Assembly (NCBI GenBank): GCA_049290195.1 | Contig: JBATNE010000040.1 | Coordinates: forward strand, 10,127-74,126 | Direction of reading: 5' to 3' | Length of the DNA stretch: 64,000 nt | Origin: Candidatus Zixiibacteriota bacterium | Lineage (GTDB): Bacteria; Zixibacteria; MSB-5A5; GN15; FEB-12 | Shown: positions 37,496 through 45,980 of the stretch, piece by piece | How positions within the stretch are numbered: the stretch's first letter is position 1 | Layout of the letters: each line of letters opens with the position of its first letter | The notes under the pieces: model-generated | What the model saw: the letters and a program-made list of their open reading frames with translations, nothing else | Databases searched by the model: none | Told to the model about the DNA's origin: nothing | Program-made: the position numbers and the translations under genes

Positions 37496-39145
37496 TCAGG
37501 CATCATATCGCGCCGCTACCGGCATACGACGTCCTATTCCAAAAGCCCGAGTGGTTACTTTAAGTCCGGGTGCGGCCTGACGCCGCTTATACTCGCTACG
37601 ATTCACCGTCTTGATGACCCAGTCGACTACCGACGGTTCATAGCCGTGCTTCACAATCTGTGACCGCGATTGATGTTCCTCGATGTAGAGATTGAGAATT
37701 GCGTCAAGGACTTCATATGGAGGAAGCGAGTCCTGATCCAGCTGGTTCGGTTTGAGCTCGGCTGTAGGCGGGCGCGTGATTATTCGACGGGGGATGATCT
37801 CCTTTGAGCGATTCATATAATTCGCCAGATCGTACACCATAGTCTTCGGTACGTCAGAGATAACAGCCAGTCCTCCAGCCATGTCTCCGTAGAGCGTGCA
37901 GTAGCCGGTGGCCAACTCGCTCTTGTTTCCAGTGGACAGGACCAGAGCCTGGAATTCATTGGAGAAGGCCATGAGGATATTGCCGCGAATTCTCGCCTGA
38001 ATGTTTTCAAAGGTCAGGCCGATCTTGTCGGGCGAGGTACCCAATTGTGGATCCAGGGTCGCGCGGTAGGTCTTGACGAGCTGGTTAATAGGGATAAGCT
38101 TGAACTCTATGCCGAGGTTCTCAGCCAACTGGCGGGCAAGAACAGCACTTTCATCGGCAGAATATTCCGACGGCATCGCGACTCCGAGTACCTGTCGTGG
38201 ACCCACCGCTTCTGCAGCCAGAACTGCGACAATAGCCGAGTCGATTCCTCCCGACAAGCCGATCACGGCCTTATGAAAACCGCACTTGGTCAGATAGTCA
38301 CGCAGCCCCAGGACCAGCGCACTGTGAAGTGATTCCATGAGGTCTGGATTTTCAAATTCGACCGGCTCTGTGTTCCGAACGGTGTCGATAACTGTAACAC
38401 ACTCTTCAAAATCCGGCATCAGGAGAGATGGTCCTCCTTTGGCATCGAAAAACATGCTTCGTCCGTCAAAAATCAGTTCGTCGTTACCGCCAACCTGATT
38501 GACGAATGCGAACGGGAGGCCGTGGCGTTGCGCGTGATTTTGTACCAACCGAAACCGAATGTCTTCTTTGCCCAGGTAGAATGGGGAAGCCGAGATGTTG
38601 ATGAGCAATTGGGCTCCCTGGGATGCCAGCTCAGCAACCGGGTCACGACGGTACATCGGATTCGGCCACAGTTCGGGGTCGTTCCAGGCGTCTTCGCAAA
38701 TATTAATCCCAAGGACGGTTCCCTTGAATGTTATCACGCCGACCTTGGTTGACGGATCAAAGTAGCGAGCTTCATCAAAGACGTCATACGTTGGGAGGAG
38801 GGACTTGTGCTGGGTGAATTCGATCCTGCCATTGTAAATCAAAATGGCTGCATTGTAGATTCCGTGACCGCTTGGTTCGCCTGTCGGGACTGGCGCGCCG
38901 AAGAGCAGGCCGATCGAAGGGAATTCTCTCGAGGCTTCCACCAGTCGCTGAATGGCAGTTGAAGTCTGCTCTAGAAACCACGGTTCGGCCAATAGATCAC
39001 GGGGGGGATAGCCGGTCAAATAGAGCTCTGAAGCAATGACCAGGTCGGCCTTGTCCTTGTATTCCCGGCAGACAGCAAGCAGACGATTCGCGTTTCCGTC
39101 TAGGTCTCCGACAACTGGATTTAGCTGTGCCAGTACTAATTTCAT
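37496..39145 (-). CDS. nadE: Glutamine-dependent NAD+ synthetase (CN-hydrolase domain plus NAD synthetase domain)
   Basis: The N-terminus MKLVLAQLNPVVGDL...ICED is the nitrilase-like domain, and GLSGGIDS is the PP-loop. I prefer the start at ATG 39145. The 19-aa extension to 39202 has no support. Confidence 0.9.
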   Translation of the reverse strand: MKLVLAQLNPVVGDLDGNANRLLAVCREYKDKADLVIASELYLTGYPPRDLLAEPWFLEQTSTAIQRLVEASREFPSIGLLFGAPVPTGEPSGHGIYNAAILIYNGRIEFTQHKSLLPTYDVFDEARYFDPSTKVGVITFKGTVLGINICEDAWNDPELWPNPMYRRDPVAELASQGAQLLINISASPFYLGKEDIRFRLVQNHAQRHGLPFAFVNQVGGNDELIFDGRSMFFDAKGGPSLLMPDFEECVTVIDTVRNTEPVEFENPDLMESLHSALVLGLRDYLTKCGFHKAVIGLSGGIDSAIVAVLAAEAVGPRQVLGVAMPSEYSADESAVLARQLAENLGIEFKLIPINQLVKTYRATLDPQLGTSPDKIGLTFENIQARIRGNILMAFSNEFQALVLSTGNKSELATGYCTLYGDMAGGLAVISDVPKTMVYDLANYMNRSKEIIPRRIITRPPTAELKPNQLDQDSLPPYEVLDAILNLYIEEHQSRSQIVKHGYEPSVVDWVIKTVNRSEYKRRQAAPGLKVTTRAFGIGRRMPVAARYDA

Positions 39146-39699
39146 ATGCCTTTTGAAGCCATGTTTGTGGGACAAACTATTATACGAGAAGGACGACAGC
39201 AAGCGTTTCTGGGACCTCGCGTAACAGATTCGCCGCCTCTAATTGATTGCCGAGTTTCTCTTCGAAAAGATCGCTGGAACCTTCTGTCGACTTGTCCGCC
39301 GAGGGCAATAATTCATTGGCCCCTGCAGGGCGTCTTAGAGGTCTCCTTGCTCCAGTCATGCAGCTATCTGCGTAACCCAAATATGGAGCGGGTCGATCCG
39401 AGCAGTTCTTGGTCCTTCCACCGGACAGGCCCGTACGAATCAGCAGATTTCGTGGGGCTCCTGTAGCCCGGCAGAAATGTACAAATCCAGACAACGGCGC
39501 GGCCGTGCCATCACGGAATAGAGCAGAAAAGTAATCTTAATTTGATCGATTGCGGTCACCGAACGGTTGTCGGCGGGCTTTCTAAGTTCGTTATTAATCA
39601 ATGAGTTATGTTATGAAAGCGACAATTCCAGTCCTAATACTTTTGTTGCAGATGCCGATATACATATATAAAACAGTCCATCATGACGCTGTTTAGTCA

Positions 39700-39728
39700 T
39701 TGACAGTTTGTGCATTATTTCACATACT
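39700..39728 (+). promoter_or_regulatory. Sigma-70-like promoter candidate for the second hydrogenase operon
   Basis: TTGACA (39700-39705), 17 nt spacer, then CATACT (39723-39728), in an AT-rich tract. Confidence 0.35.
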
Positions 39729-39762
39729 TGGTCATTGTCTATCGGAAGATGGAGCTGAAAAT

Positions 39763-40980
39763 GTGGAGAATACACCTGTGAATAATGACCATGGTCAGGC
39801 GGTTACCGACCGAAAAGCAGAATTTCCCAAGAACGCTACACCTAAACCAATGGTGTTGAAACCCGATGGGATCTCGGCACTCATCGATCTGCTCAAGAAG
39901 CAAGGCTATTGCACGATCGGTCCCCAGGTTCGAAATGGGGCAATCGTTCTCGAAGAACTTGAAAAGGGGACTGACCTTCCGATTGGCTGGCAGGACAGCC
40001 AGGATGGTGGGAAATATCATCTCAAGCACACCAAGGCCAAGACCATCTTTGGTTTCAATCATGGGCCACACTCATGGAAACGCTGGTTGCACTCCTCCGG
40101 CCTGTGCTTGTGGAAAGCGAAAAGCGATGGCACAGATTTTAAGGTGCAAGTGACGCCCGAGGAGCCATCGAAATACGCCTTCATTGGTGTTCGCTCATGC
40201 GAACTGCGCGCCATTGAAATTCAAGACAATGTTTTTCTGAATAGCCAATACAAAGATTCCTACTATCAGCGGCACCGCGACGGGAATTTCATCGTCGCTG
40301 TGAACTGCAGTCGCGGAGGAGGAACCTGTTTTTGCGTCTCTACCGACAGTGGTCCTCGAGTGAAGTCCGGCTATGACCTCTTGCTTACTGAAGTATACTC
40401 AGGAACCACCCACTATTTCCTGGTGGAAGTCGGGACTAAGCGAGGTGCCGACGTGATAGCGAATCTCCCGACCACCCCTGCCGAGAGTGCGCAGGTGGAT
40501 CAAGCAGCGGGAATCGTTGCCGAAGCCGCACGTCAAATGGGGCGCATGCTCGAAACTCGTGACATAAAGCAGCTTCTCTATAGAAATCTTGAGCACCCGC
40601 GATGGGCCGAAGTCGCCAGTCGATGCCTGACCTGCGGCAACTGCACGCTGGTTTGTCCCACCTGCTTCTGCACGACTGTCGAAGACGTCACTGACTTGAC
40701 GGGAACGGAAGCCGAACGCTGGCGTCGGTGGGATTCCTGTTTCACGATGGATTTCTCGTACATCCATGGTGGTTCGGTGCGTACCTCACACGGCATGCGC
40801 TATCGTCAGTGGCTCACCCACAAGCTGGCATCGTGGCAGGACCAATTCGGTTCGCTCGGATGTGTCGGGTGCGGCAGGTGTATTACCTGGTGCCCGGTGG
40901 GGATTGACATAACGGAAGAAGCACGAGCAATTCGAGAGAGCGACTCGATTGATCCCATGGCCAATAAAGGGAAGGAGTGA
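39763..40980 (+). CDS. Sulfhydrogenase beta-type subunit (AsrA/HydB-like, 4Fe-4S dicluster protein)
   Basis: CLTCGNCTLVCPTCFC and CVGCGRCITWCPVGI motifs. The start is uncertain: GTG 39763 (GGAG 8 nt upstream) or ATG 39850. The TTG at 39700 in the ORF track coincides with the -35 box and is unlikely to be the start. Confidence 0.75.
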   Translation: MENTPVNNDHGQAVTDRKAEFPKNATPKPMVLKPDGISALIDLLKKQGYCTIGPQVRNGAIVLEELEKGTDLPIGWQDSQDGGKYHLKHTKAKTIFGFNHGPHSWKRWLHSSGLCLWKAKSDGTDFKVQVTPEEPSKYAFIGVRSCELRAIEIQDNVFLNSQYKDSYYQRHRDGNFIVAVNCSRGGGTCFCVSTDSGPRVKSGYDLLLTEVYSGTTHYFLVEVGTKRGADVIANLPTTPAESAQVDQAAGIVAEAARQMGRMLETRDIKQLLYRNLEHPRWAEVASRCLTCGNCTLVCPTCFCTTVEDVTDLTGTEAERWRRWDSCFTMDFSYIHGGSVRTSHGMRYRQWLTHKLASWQDQFGSLGCVGCGRCITWCPVGIDITEEARAIRESDSIDPMANKGKE

Positions 40981-40984
40981 ACCA

Positions 40985-41437
40985 ATGGAAGACCTTAGAC
41001 GGTATCTGTCCGAGCATCCGTTCTTTAGCGGAATGTCGCAGGCGCATTTGGATCTCATGGTCGGATGTGCGTCCAATGTAAAATTCGATGCCGGCCAGTA
41101 TATCGACCGTGCCGGTGAGTTAGCCAACTACTTCTACATTATCCGCGTCGGAAAGGTAGCAGTGGAAATGTACCATCCCGCCGCCGGTGCAATTACGATT
41201 CAGACGGTCGGTGAGGGGGACATTGTCGGCTGGTCCTTCCTTTTCCCACCATTTATCGGCCATTTTGACTCCATTGCCGTTGACCTGACCAGGGCAATTG
41301 CGCTCGATGGCGCCTGCCTGAGAAAGAAAGTTGAAGACGACCACGAACTGGGCTATGAACTGTATCGCCGTTTCGCCCAGATCATGGAACAGAGACTCGA
41401 AAACACACGCGTACAGCTCTTGGATTTATATAAATGA
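40985..41437 (+). CDS. Stand-alone cyclic-nucleotide-binding (CAP effector)-domain protein, no DNA-binding domain
   Basis: [15 protein letters not shown]...[28 protein letters not shown]...GEGDIVGWS. 150 aa. SD AAGGGAAGGAG lies upstream of ATG 40985. There is an ATGA overlap with the next gene. Confidence 0.75.
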   Translation: MEDLRRYLSEHPFFSGMSQAHLDLMVGCASNVKFDAGQYIDRAGELANYFYIIRVGKVAVEMYHPAAGAITIQTVGEGDIVGWSFLFPPFIGHFDSIAVDLTRAIALDGACLRKKVEDDHELGYELYRRFAQIMEQRLENTRVQLLDLYK

Positions 41438-42306
41438 GTACACCAGTTGTTGCTGAAGCACAGCCTATGTCGGTAGAATCTCACGATCCGTTGTATCCGT
41501 ACATGTTTCGTGTTCGAAAGATTCGATACGACACCTACGATACCTTTACCCTCGATCTCGCGCCGGCCAAAGGAGGAGAGGATTTTGCCTTCCTGCCGGG
41601 GCAGTTTAACATGCTCTATGTTTTCGGCGTTGGGGAGGTCCCAATCTCCATCAGCGGCGATCCCACGCAGACCGGTTCGCTGGTTCATACCACCCGCGCT
41701 GTCGGCACGGTCACCAAAGCGATGAGAAAACTGAAAGTAGGGGACGTCATCGGCGTCCGTGGTCCGTATGGAACCGCGTGGCCGGTGGTCGAAGCCCAGG
41801 GGAATGACATTGTGATCGTTGCCGGTGGTATTGGTTTGGCCCCATTGCGGCCTGCCCTTTACTACGTATTGGCCAATCGCACCAAATATGGCAAAGTCGT
41901 CCTTCTGTATGGTACTCGAACCCCGGCAGATATTCTGTACCGGAAGGAGCTCGAGAACCTTCGGGCGCGCTTTGACCTCGAAGTCCACGTGACGGTGGAT
42001 CGAGCCATGGCCAATTGGCATGGCAATGTCGGGGTAGTGACGAACTTGATACCGAAAGCGCCGTTTGATCCGACCAACACGGTGGCCATGTTGTGCGGCC
42101 CGGAAATCATGATGCGCTTCACGGTTCTGGCCCTGCAGAAGCGCGGAGTCGCGATCGACCAAATCTACCTGACCATGGAACGAAACATGAAGTGCGCCGT
42201 CGGATTCTGCGGTCATTGCCAGTTCGGGCCTATGTTCGTGTGTAAGGACGGACCGGTATTCCGGTACGACAAAATCAAACAGTTCTTCCTGACGAGAGAG
42301 ATATAG
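41434..42306 (+). CDS. Sulfhydrogenase gamma-type subunit (AsrB/HydG/PyrK-like FAD/NAD(P)-binding protein with C-terminal [2Fe-2S])
   Basis: FNR-like fold ([31 protein letters not shown]) and C-terminal [10 protein letters not shown]...VCKDGP. Confidence 0.85.
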   Translation: MSTPVVAEAQPMSVESHDPLYPYMFRVRKIRYDTYDTFTLDLAPAKGGEDFAFLPGQFNMLYVFGVGEVPISISGDPTQTGSLVHTTRAVGTVTKAMRKLKVGDVIGVRGPYGTAWPVVEAQGNDIVIVAGGIGLAPLRPALYYVLANRTKYGKVVLLYGTRTPADILYRKELENLRARFDLEVHVTVDRAMANWHGNVGVVTNLIPKAPFDPTNTVAMLCGPEIMMRFTVLALQKRGVAIDQIYLTMERNMKCAVGFCGHCQFGPMFVCKDGPVFRYDKIKQFFLTREI

Positions 42307-42308
42307 AT

Positions 42309-43088
42309 ATGGCAAGGGCAGCACGTCCGAAACTGGCAGTCTGGAAATTCTCTTCCTGTGACGGTTGTCAGCTCAGTTTGTTGGATTGCGAAGATGAATT
42401 GTTGGCGGTAGCAGGAGCAGTAGAGATAGCCAACTTTGCCGAAGCGTCACGCAATGTCCAGAAGGGACCTTACGATATTTCACTGGTGGAAGGTTCGATT
42501 ACGACCGCCCACGACGCCGAGCGAATCCATAAGGTTCGCCGGCAATCCAAAGTCCTGATTACGATTGGCGCCTGCGCGACCGCCGGCGGCATCCAGGCTC
42601 TTCGAAATTTCAAGGATGTCAGAGACTACACGTCGATTGTCTATGCATCGCCTGAATACATCGAAACGCTCAATAAATCGACGCCGATCGCCGACCACGT
42701 GTTCGTCGACTATGAACTGCGAGGCTGTCCGATCAGCAAGAAGCAGTTGGTCGAAGTCTTGTGTGCCTTCCTCCACGGCCGGAAACCAATTACTCCGCCT
42801 TACAGCGTCTGCATGGAGTGCAAACGTCGCCAAACAGTCTGTGTCATGGTGGCACAGGGTATTCCCTGTCTTGGCCCGGTCACACAGGCCGGCTGTGATG
42901 CGCTCTGTCCGTCCTATAACCGCGGCTGTTTCGGTTGCTTTGGACCCAAAGAAACCCCCAATACGTCGTCGCTCGCCGATTGGTGGAAGAAACTTGGTGT
43001 CGAAGACAGCGATCTGGTTCGGTCATACCGTACTTATAACGCGTATGCCGACGCATTCCGCAAAGAGAGTGAAACCCATGAAAAGTAA
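42309..43088 (+). CDS. [NiFe] hydrogenase small (delta) subunit, group 3b-like
   Basis: [32 protein letters not shown], and C-terminal Cys clusters ([27 protein letters not shown]). Confidence 0.85.
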   Translation: MARAARPKLAVWKFSSCDGCQLSLLDCEDELLAVAGAVEIANFAEASRNVQKGPYDISLVEGSITTAHDAERIHKVRRQSKVLITIGACATAGGIQALRNFKDVRDYTSIVYASPEYIETLNKSTPIADHVFVDYELRGCPISKKQLVEVLCAFLHGRKPITPPYSVCMECKRRQTVCVMVAQGIPCLGPVTQAGCDALCPSYNRGCFGCFGPKETPNTSSLADWWKKLGVEDSDLVRSYRTYNAYADAFRKESETHEK

Positions 43089-44367
43089 GACGATAAAAGT
43101 TGAATACCTCGCCCGCGTGGAGGGTGAAGGCGGCATCCACGTCAAGATTAAGGGTGACAAAGTAGAAGACGTCAAGTTCCGCATATTTGAACCACCACGC
43201 TTCTTTGAAGCCTTCCTGCGCGGCCGTCGATTTACGGAAACTCCGGACATCGTCGCTCGAATCTGCGGCATTTGTCCGGTGGCTTATCAGATGAGTTCCG
43301 TTCACGCCATGGAAAGTATCTGCGGCGTGAAGATTGATGGCCAGCTCCGCGAACTCCGCCGCCTTCTGTACTGCGGTGAATGGATTGAAAGCCACGTTCT
43401 CCACGTCTACATGCTTCATGCGCCTGATTTCCTTGGTTATGAAGATGCCATCCAGGTGGCTGCCGATTTCCCCGAAGTAGTGACCAAGGGGCTCAAGATG
43501 AAGAAGATCGGCAACGACATCATGAATCTTGTCGGCGGCCGTGAAATTCATCCGATCAACGTCCGTGTCGGCGGGTTCTATCGTCTGCCTACCAAGAAGG
43601 AACTTCAGGCTTTGGTCGAGCCGCTCAAATGGGCCCGGGACACGTCTCTGGAGACTTGCCGATGGGTATCTACTTTCAATTTCCCGGATTTTGAACCGGA
43701 ATATGAATTCGTATCGCTGAGACACGCCAAAGAATATCCCATTAACGAAGGGCGCTTGGTATCGAGCGACGGCCTGGACATTGATATTTCAGACTACGAG
43801 AAACACTTTGCCGAAGAACATATGGAACATGCCAATGCCTTGCACTCCGTTCACTTAGGCAAAGGAGCATATTTTGTCGGCCCGCTCGCTCGAATCAATC
43901 TGAATTTCGATCACTTGAGCAAACCGGCACTCGAAGCCGCGAGTGTGGCCGGCTTCAAAAAGGGGTGTCACAACCCGTTCAAGAGTATTGTGGTCCGGGC
44001 TATCGAAACGGTTTATGCCTGTGATGAAGCGCTTCGTATAATCGATCAGTATGAGCCGCCGCCGGCACCGTTTGTCGACGTGAAGCCTAAGGCAGGAACC
44101 GGGCATGGATGTACCGAGGCTCCGCGAGGGATCTTGTACCACAAGTACACGATTTCCGATGACGGGATAATCGAAAACGCCAAGATTGTGCCGCCGACAT
44201 CACAGAACCAGAAGCAGATCGAGAGTGATCTTCGGGAATATGCCACCAGAAACCTCAATCTGAGTACCGAGGAACTGACCTGGCAGTGTGAGCAGGCGGT
44301 GCGAAATTATGATCCCTGTATCTCCTGTGCGACGCACGCTCTACATGTGAAAGTGGATCGCTCGTAA
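43078..44367 (+). CDS. [NiFe] hydrogenase large (alpha) subunit, group 3b-like
   Basis: The start is ATG 43078 ([19 protein letters not shown]). L1 motif [11 protein letters not shown]2 motif DPCISCATH, plus a short C-terminal extension. The 600-aa ORF from 42565 is an out-of-gene extension through the small-subunit gene. Confidence 0.9.
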   Translation: MKSKTIKVEYLARVEGEGGIHVKIKGDKVEDVKFRIFEPPRFFEAFLRGRRFTETPDIVARICGICPVAYQMSSVHAMESICGVKIDGQLRELRRLLYCGEWIESHVLHVYMLHAPDFLGYEDAIQVAADFPEVVTKGLKMKKIGNDIMNLVGGREIHPINVRVGGFYRLPTKKELQALVEPLKWARDTSLETCRWVSTFNFPDFEPEYEFVSLRHAKEYPINEGRLVSSDGLDIDISDYEKHFAEEHMEHANALHSVHLGKGAYFVGPLARINLNFDHLSKPALEAASVAGFKKGCHNPFKSIVVRAIETVYACDEALRIIDQYEPPPAPFVDVKPKAGTGHGCTEAPRGILYHKYTISDDGIIENAKIVPPTSQNQKQIESDLREYATRNLNLSTEELTWQCEQAVRNYDPCISCATHALHVKVDRS

Positions 44368-44378
44368 GGGGAATTCAC

Positions 44379-44867
44379 GTGGGCGGGGAGAATGAATTGA
44401 AAGGGCCGAAAGCGCTGGTCATAGGAATCGGCAACGAATTCCGCGGCGACGATGCTTTCGGCCTTTGTGTTGTCCGCGAAGTCCAACAATTGCACCTGCC
44501 CGGGATTGAAGTCGTGGAACACCACGGGGAAGGGGCTTCGCTCATGGAACTCTGGAAGGGTCACCAGATCGTCATGATCGTCGACGCCGTCAAGTCGGGA
44601 GTCGCACCGGGGACACTGTACCGCCTCGATGCGTCCCAGGGGAGAATCCCGGCGAATATTCTCACGCAATCGTCCCACGAGTTCGGCGTGGTTCAGGCAA
44701 TCGAGACGGCTCGCGCGCTTGGCACGTTGCCACCCCTGCTCATTCTGTTCGGGGCCGAAGCGGCTCAATTTGAGTTGGGAGGCGGAATGTCTCCGCAGGT
44801 TGAAGAGCACGTGCACGTAGTATCATTCAAGATCGTCGAAGAATTGCGTGCGATGGGGCTACTCTGA
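44379..44867 (+). CDS. Hydrogenase maturation endopeptidase (second copy)
   Basis: LVIGIGNEFRGDDAFG and MIVDAV motifs. GTG start 12 nt after the large-subunit stop. Confidence 0.8.
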   Translation: MGGENELKGPKALVIGIGNEFRGDDAFGLCVVREVQQLHLPGIEVVEHHGEGASLMELWKGHQIVMIVDAVKSGVAPGTLYRLDASQGRIPANILTQSSHEFGVVQAIETARALGTLPPLLILFGAEAAQFELGGGMSPQVEEHVHVVSFKIVEELRAMGLL

Positions 44868-44942
44868 CCTGCTCCTAAGTCCTTGCCCACGTGAGTCCGC
44901 TTCAATATCTTCTTATAAACTCTGACCTTTGGGAGAAAGCCA

Positions 44943-45926
44943 GTGAAGCTCTTCCGTTATCTTGTGGTGACCAGCCTGCTGATCGGTGCATCGCCGGTAT
45001 TCGCGGCGCGGAATTTTGATTTCTTTGTTCAACCCCAGATATCTACGGCCTACGGATATAATAAGTACGTCTATGACCAAACGGGCTATTTCGACGAGGG
45101 TCGGACCATACTCGGTCATGCCAAGAGCGAACTTGACTTTCCTATCGATGCTACCCATGTGGGCATCGGAATTGGGCTCAGAGCGAGGGACGCGGCAAAG
45201 ACCTTTTGGTCTGTGGAAGGCACAGTTCGTATCAATCTTGGCAACGCTCGAAAGCCGATGCGGGACCATGATTGGCTCGATACGGTGGGTGCCGGGGGCG
45301 GCAAATTCAGTTACACCGAGTCGCAATCCGATCTTCACAATTTTTCCTTCTCTATCGAAGGTAAAGCATCATTCGTGCGAGCTCAAAAGCTTTGCCTGGG
45401 AGGAGTTGCCGGTCTTCTCCACACTCGCGCACAGCAGAATCTGAATGATGCAATCGGCTGGCAGTACGCCGGGGACTCCATTCCGGCCGATCTGAACATA
45501 TATGGCTTGGTGGGGAAATATCGTGTTACATGGGACTGCGTCTATTTAGGCGTCTTTTGGGACTATAGCCCGGTGAAAAATGTTCAGCTTGGTCTGACTA
45601 CAGCCTTCGCCCCAACTTGGGTGAACGACCGAGATGATCACCTGCTACGGAACTTCTATACGCAGGGTAGCGCCAATGGAAGTGGCTTCATTGCTCGTGG
45701 CAGAATTGAATTTAGACTCCAGCGGTTGCCGTCCGGACCACGACCCATTTTGGAGCTTGCCGCCGATTACCACTCGCTGGCGGCGAAAGGAAGTGAGTCG
45801 ATGAATTGGTATGGCGACGATCCGGCTTCGCCGGGAGATGACACGGGCCAGTCCGTCCATGGCGTACCGCACCAGTTCACCAGCCGGCAGATCTATCTCA
45901 GTCTGCAACTCGGCCTGCTATTCTGA
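44943..45926 (+). CDS. Omptin-like (peptidase A26-like) outer-membrane beta-barrel protease
   Basis: Signal peptide (LVVTSLLIGASPVFA). By-eye colinearity with E. coli OmpT: MRDHDWLD versus MVDQDWMD (Asp pair), WVNDRDDHLL versus WVESSDNDEHY (Asp-His pair), SELDFP versus SQLDWK, and a terminal ..LGLLF aromatic. Confidence 0.6.
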   Translation: MKLFRYLVVTSLLIGASPVFAARNFDFFVQPQISTAYGYNKYVYDQTGYFDEGRTILGHAKSELDFPIDATHVGIGIGLRARDAAKTFWSVEGTVRINLGNARKPMRDHDWLDTVGAGGGKFSYTESQSDLHNFSFSIEGKASFVRAQKLCLGGVAGLLHTRAQQNLNDAIGWQYAGDSIPADLNIYGLVGKYRVTWDCVYLGVFWDYSPVKNVQLGLTTAFAPTWVNDRDDHLLRNFYTQGSANGSGFIARGRIEFRLQRLPSGPRPILELAADYHSLAAKGSESMNWYGDDPASPGDDTGQSVHGVPHQFTSRQIYLSLQLGLLF

Positions 45927-45948
45927 ATTGAATTTATCGAACCAGAGG

Positions 45949-45976
45949 AAGAGGGAGGCCAAAGCCTCCCTCTTTT
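45949..45976 (+). terminator. Intrinsic terminator after the omptin-like gene (it may also serve the convergent gene)
   Basis: AAGAGGGAGGC-CAAA-GCCTCCCTCTT followed by TTG. It lies between convergent stops at 45926 and 45981. Confidence 0.55.
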
Positions 45977-45980
45977 GAAT

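Noticed and set aside
39146-39202. 19-aa N-terminal extension of nadE
   Set aside because: The conserved CN-hydrolase N-terminus begins at MKLVLAQLNP (ATG 39145), and the extension adds only unconserved residues.
39411-39430. SRP-RNA-like motif on the minus strand (GTCCGGTGGAAGGACC)
   Set aside because: It lacks the conserved GGAA tetraloop context and the AGCAGC / symmetric-loop partner. The surrounding sequence does not fold into the long SRP hairpin.
39700-39762. TTG at 39700 as the start of the AsrA-like gene
   Set aside because: The TTG is part of a TTGACA-17-CATACT promoter-like element. The encoded MTVCALFHILGHCLS segment has no homology-like character, so a downstream GTG 39763 or ATG 39850 is more plausible.
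41353-42324. 323-aa ORF on the minus strand
   Set aside because: It is antisense to the FNR-like gamma subunit gene. It has a low-complexity Arg/His-rich translation, and neither an SD nor a recognisable family.
42565-43077. N-terminal 171-aa extension of the 600-aa ORF covering the 3b large subunit
   Set aside because: The extension runs out of frame through the small-subunit gene and is Arg/Ser-rich nonsense. The canonical N-terminus [19 protein letters not shown] begins at ATG 43078.
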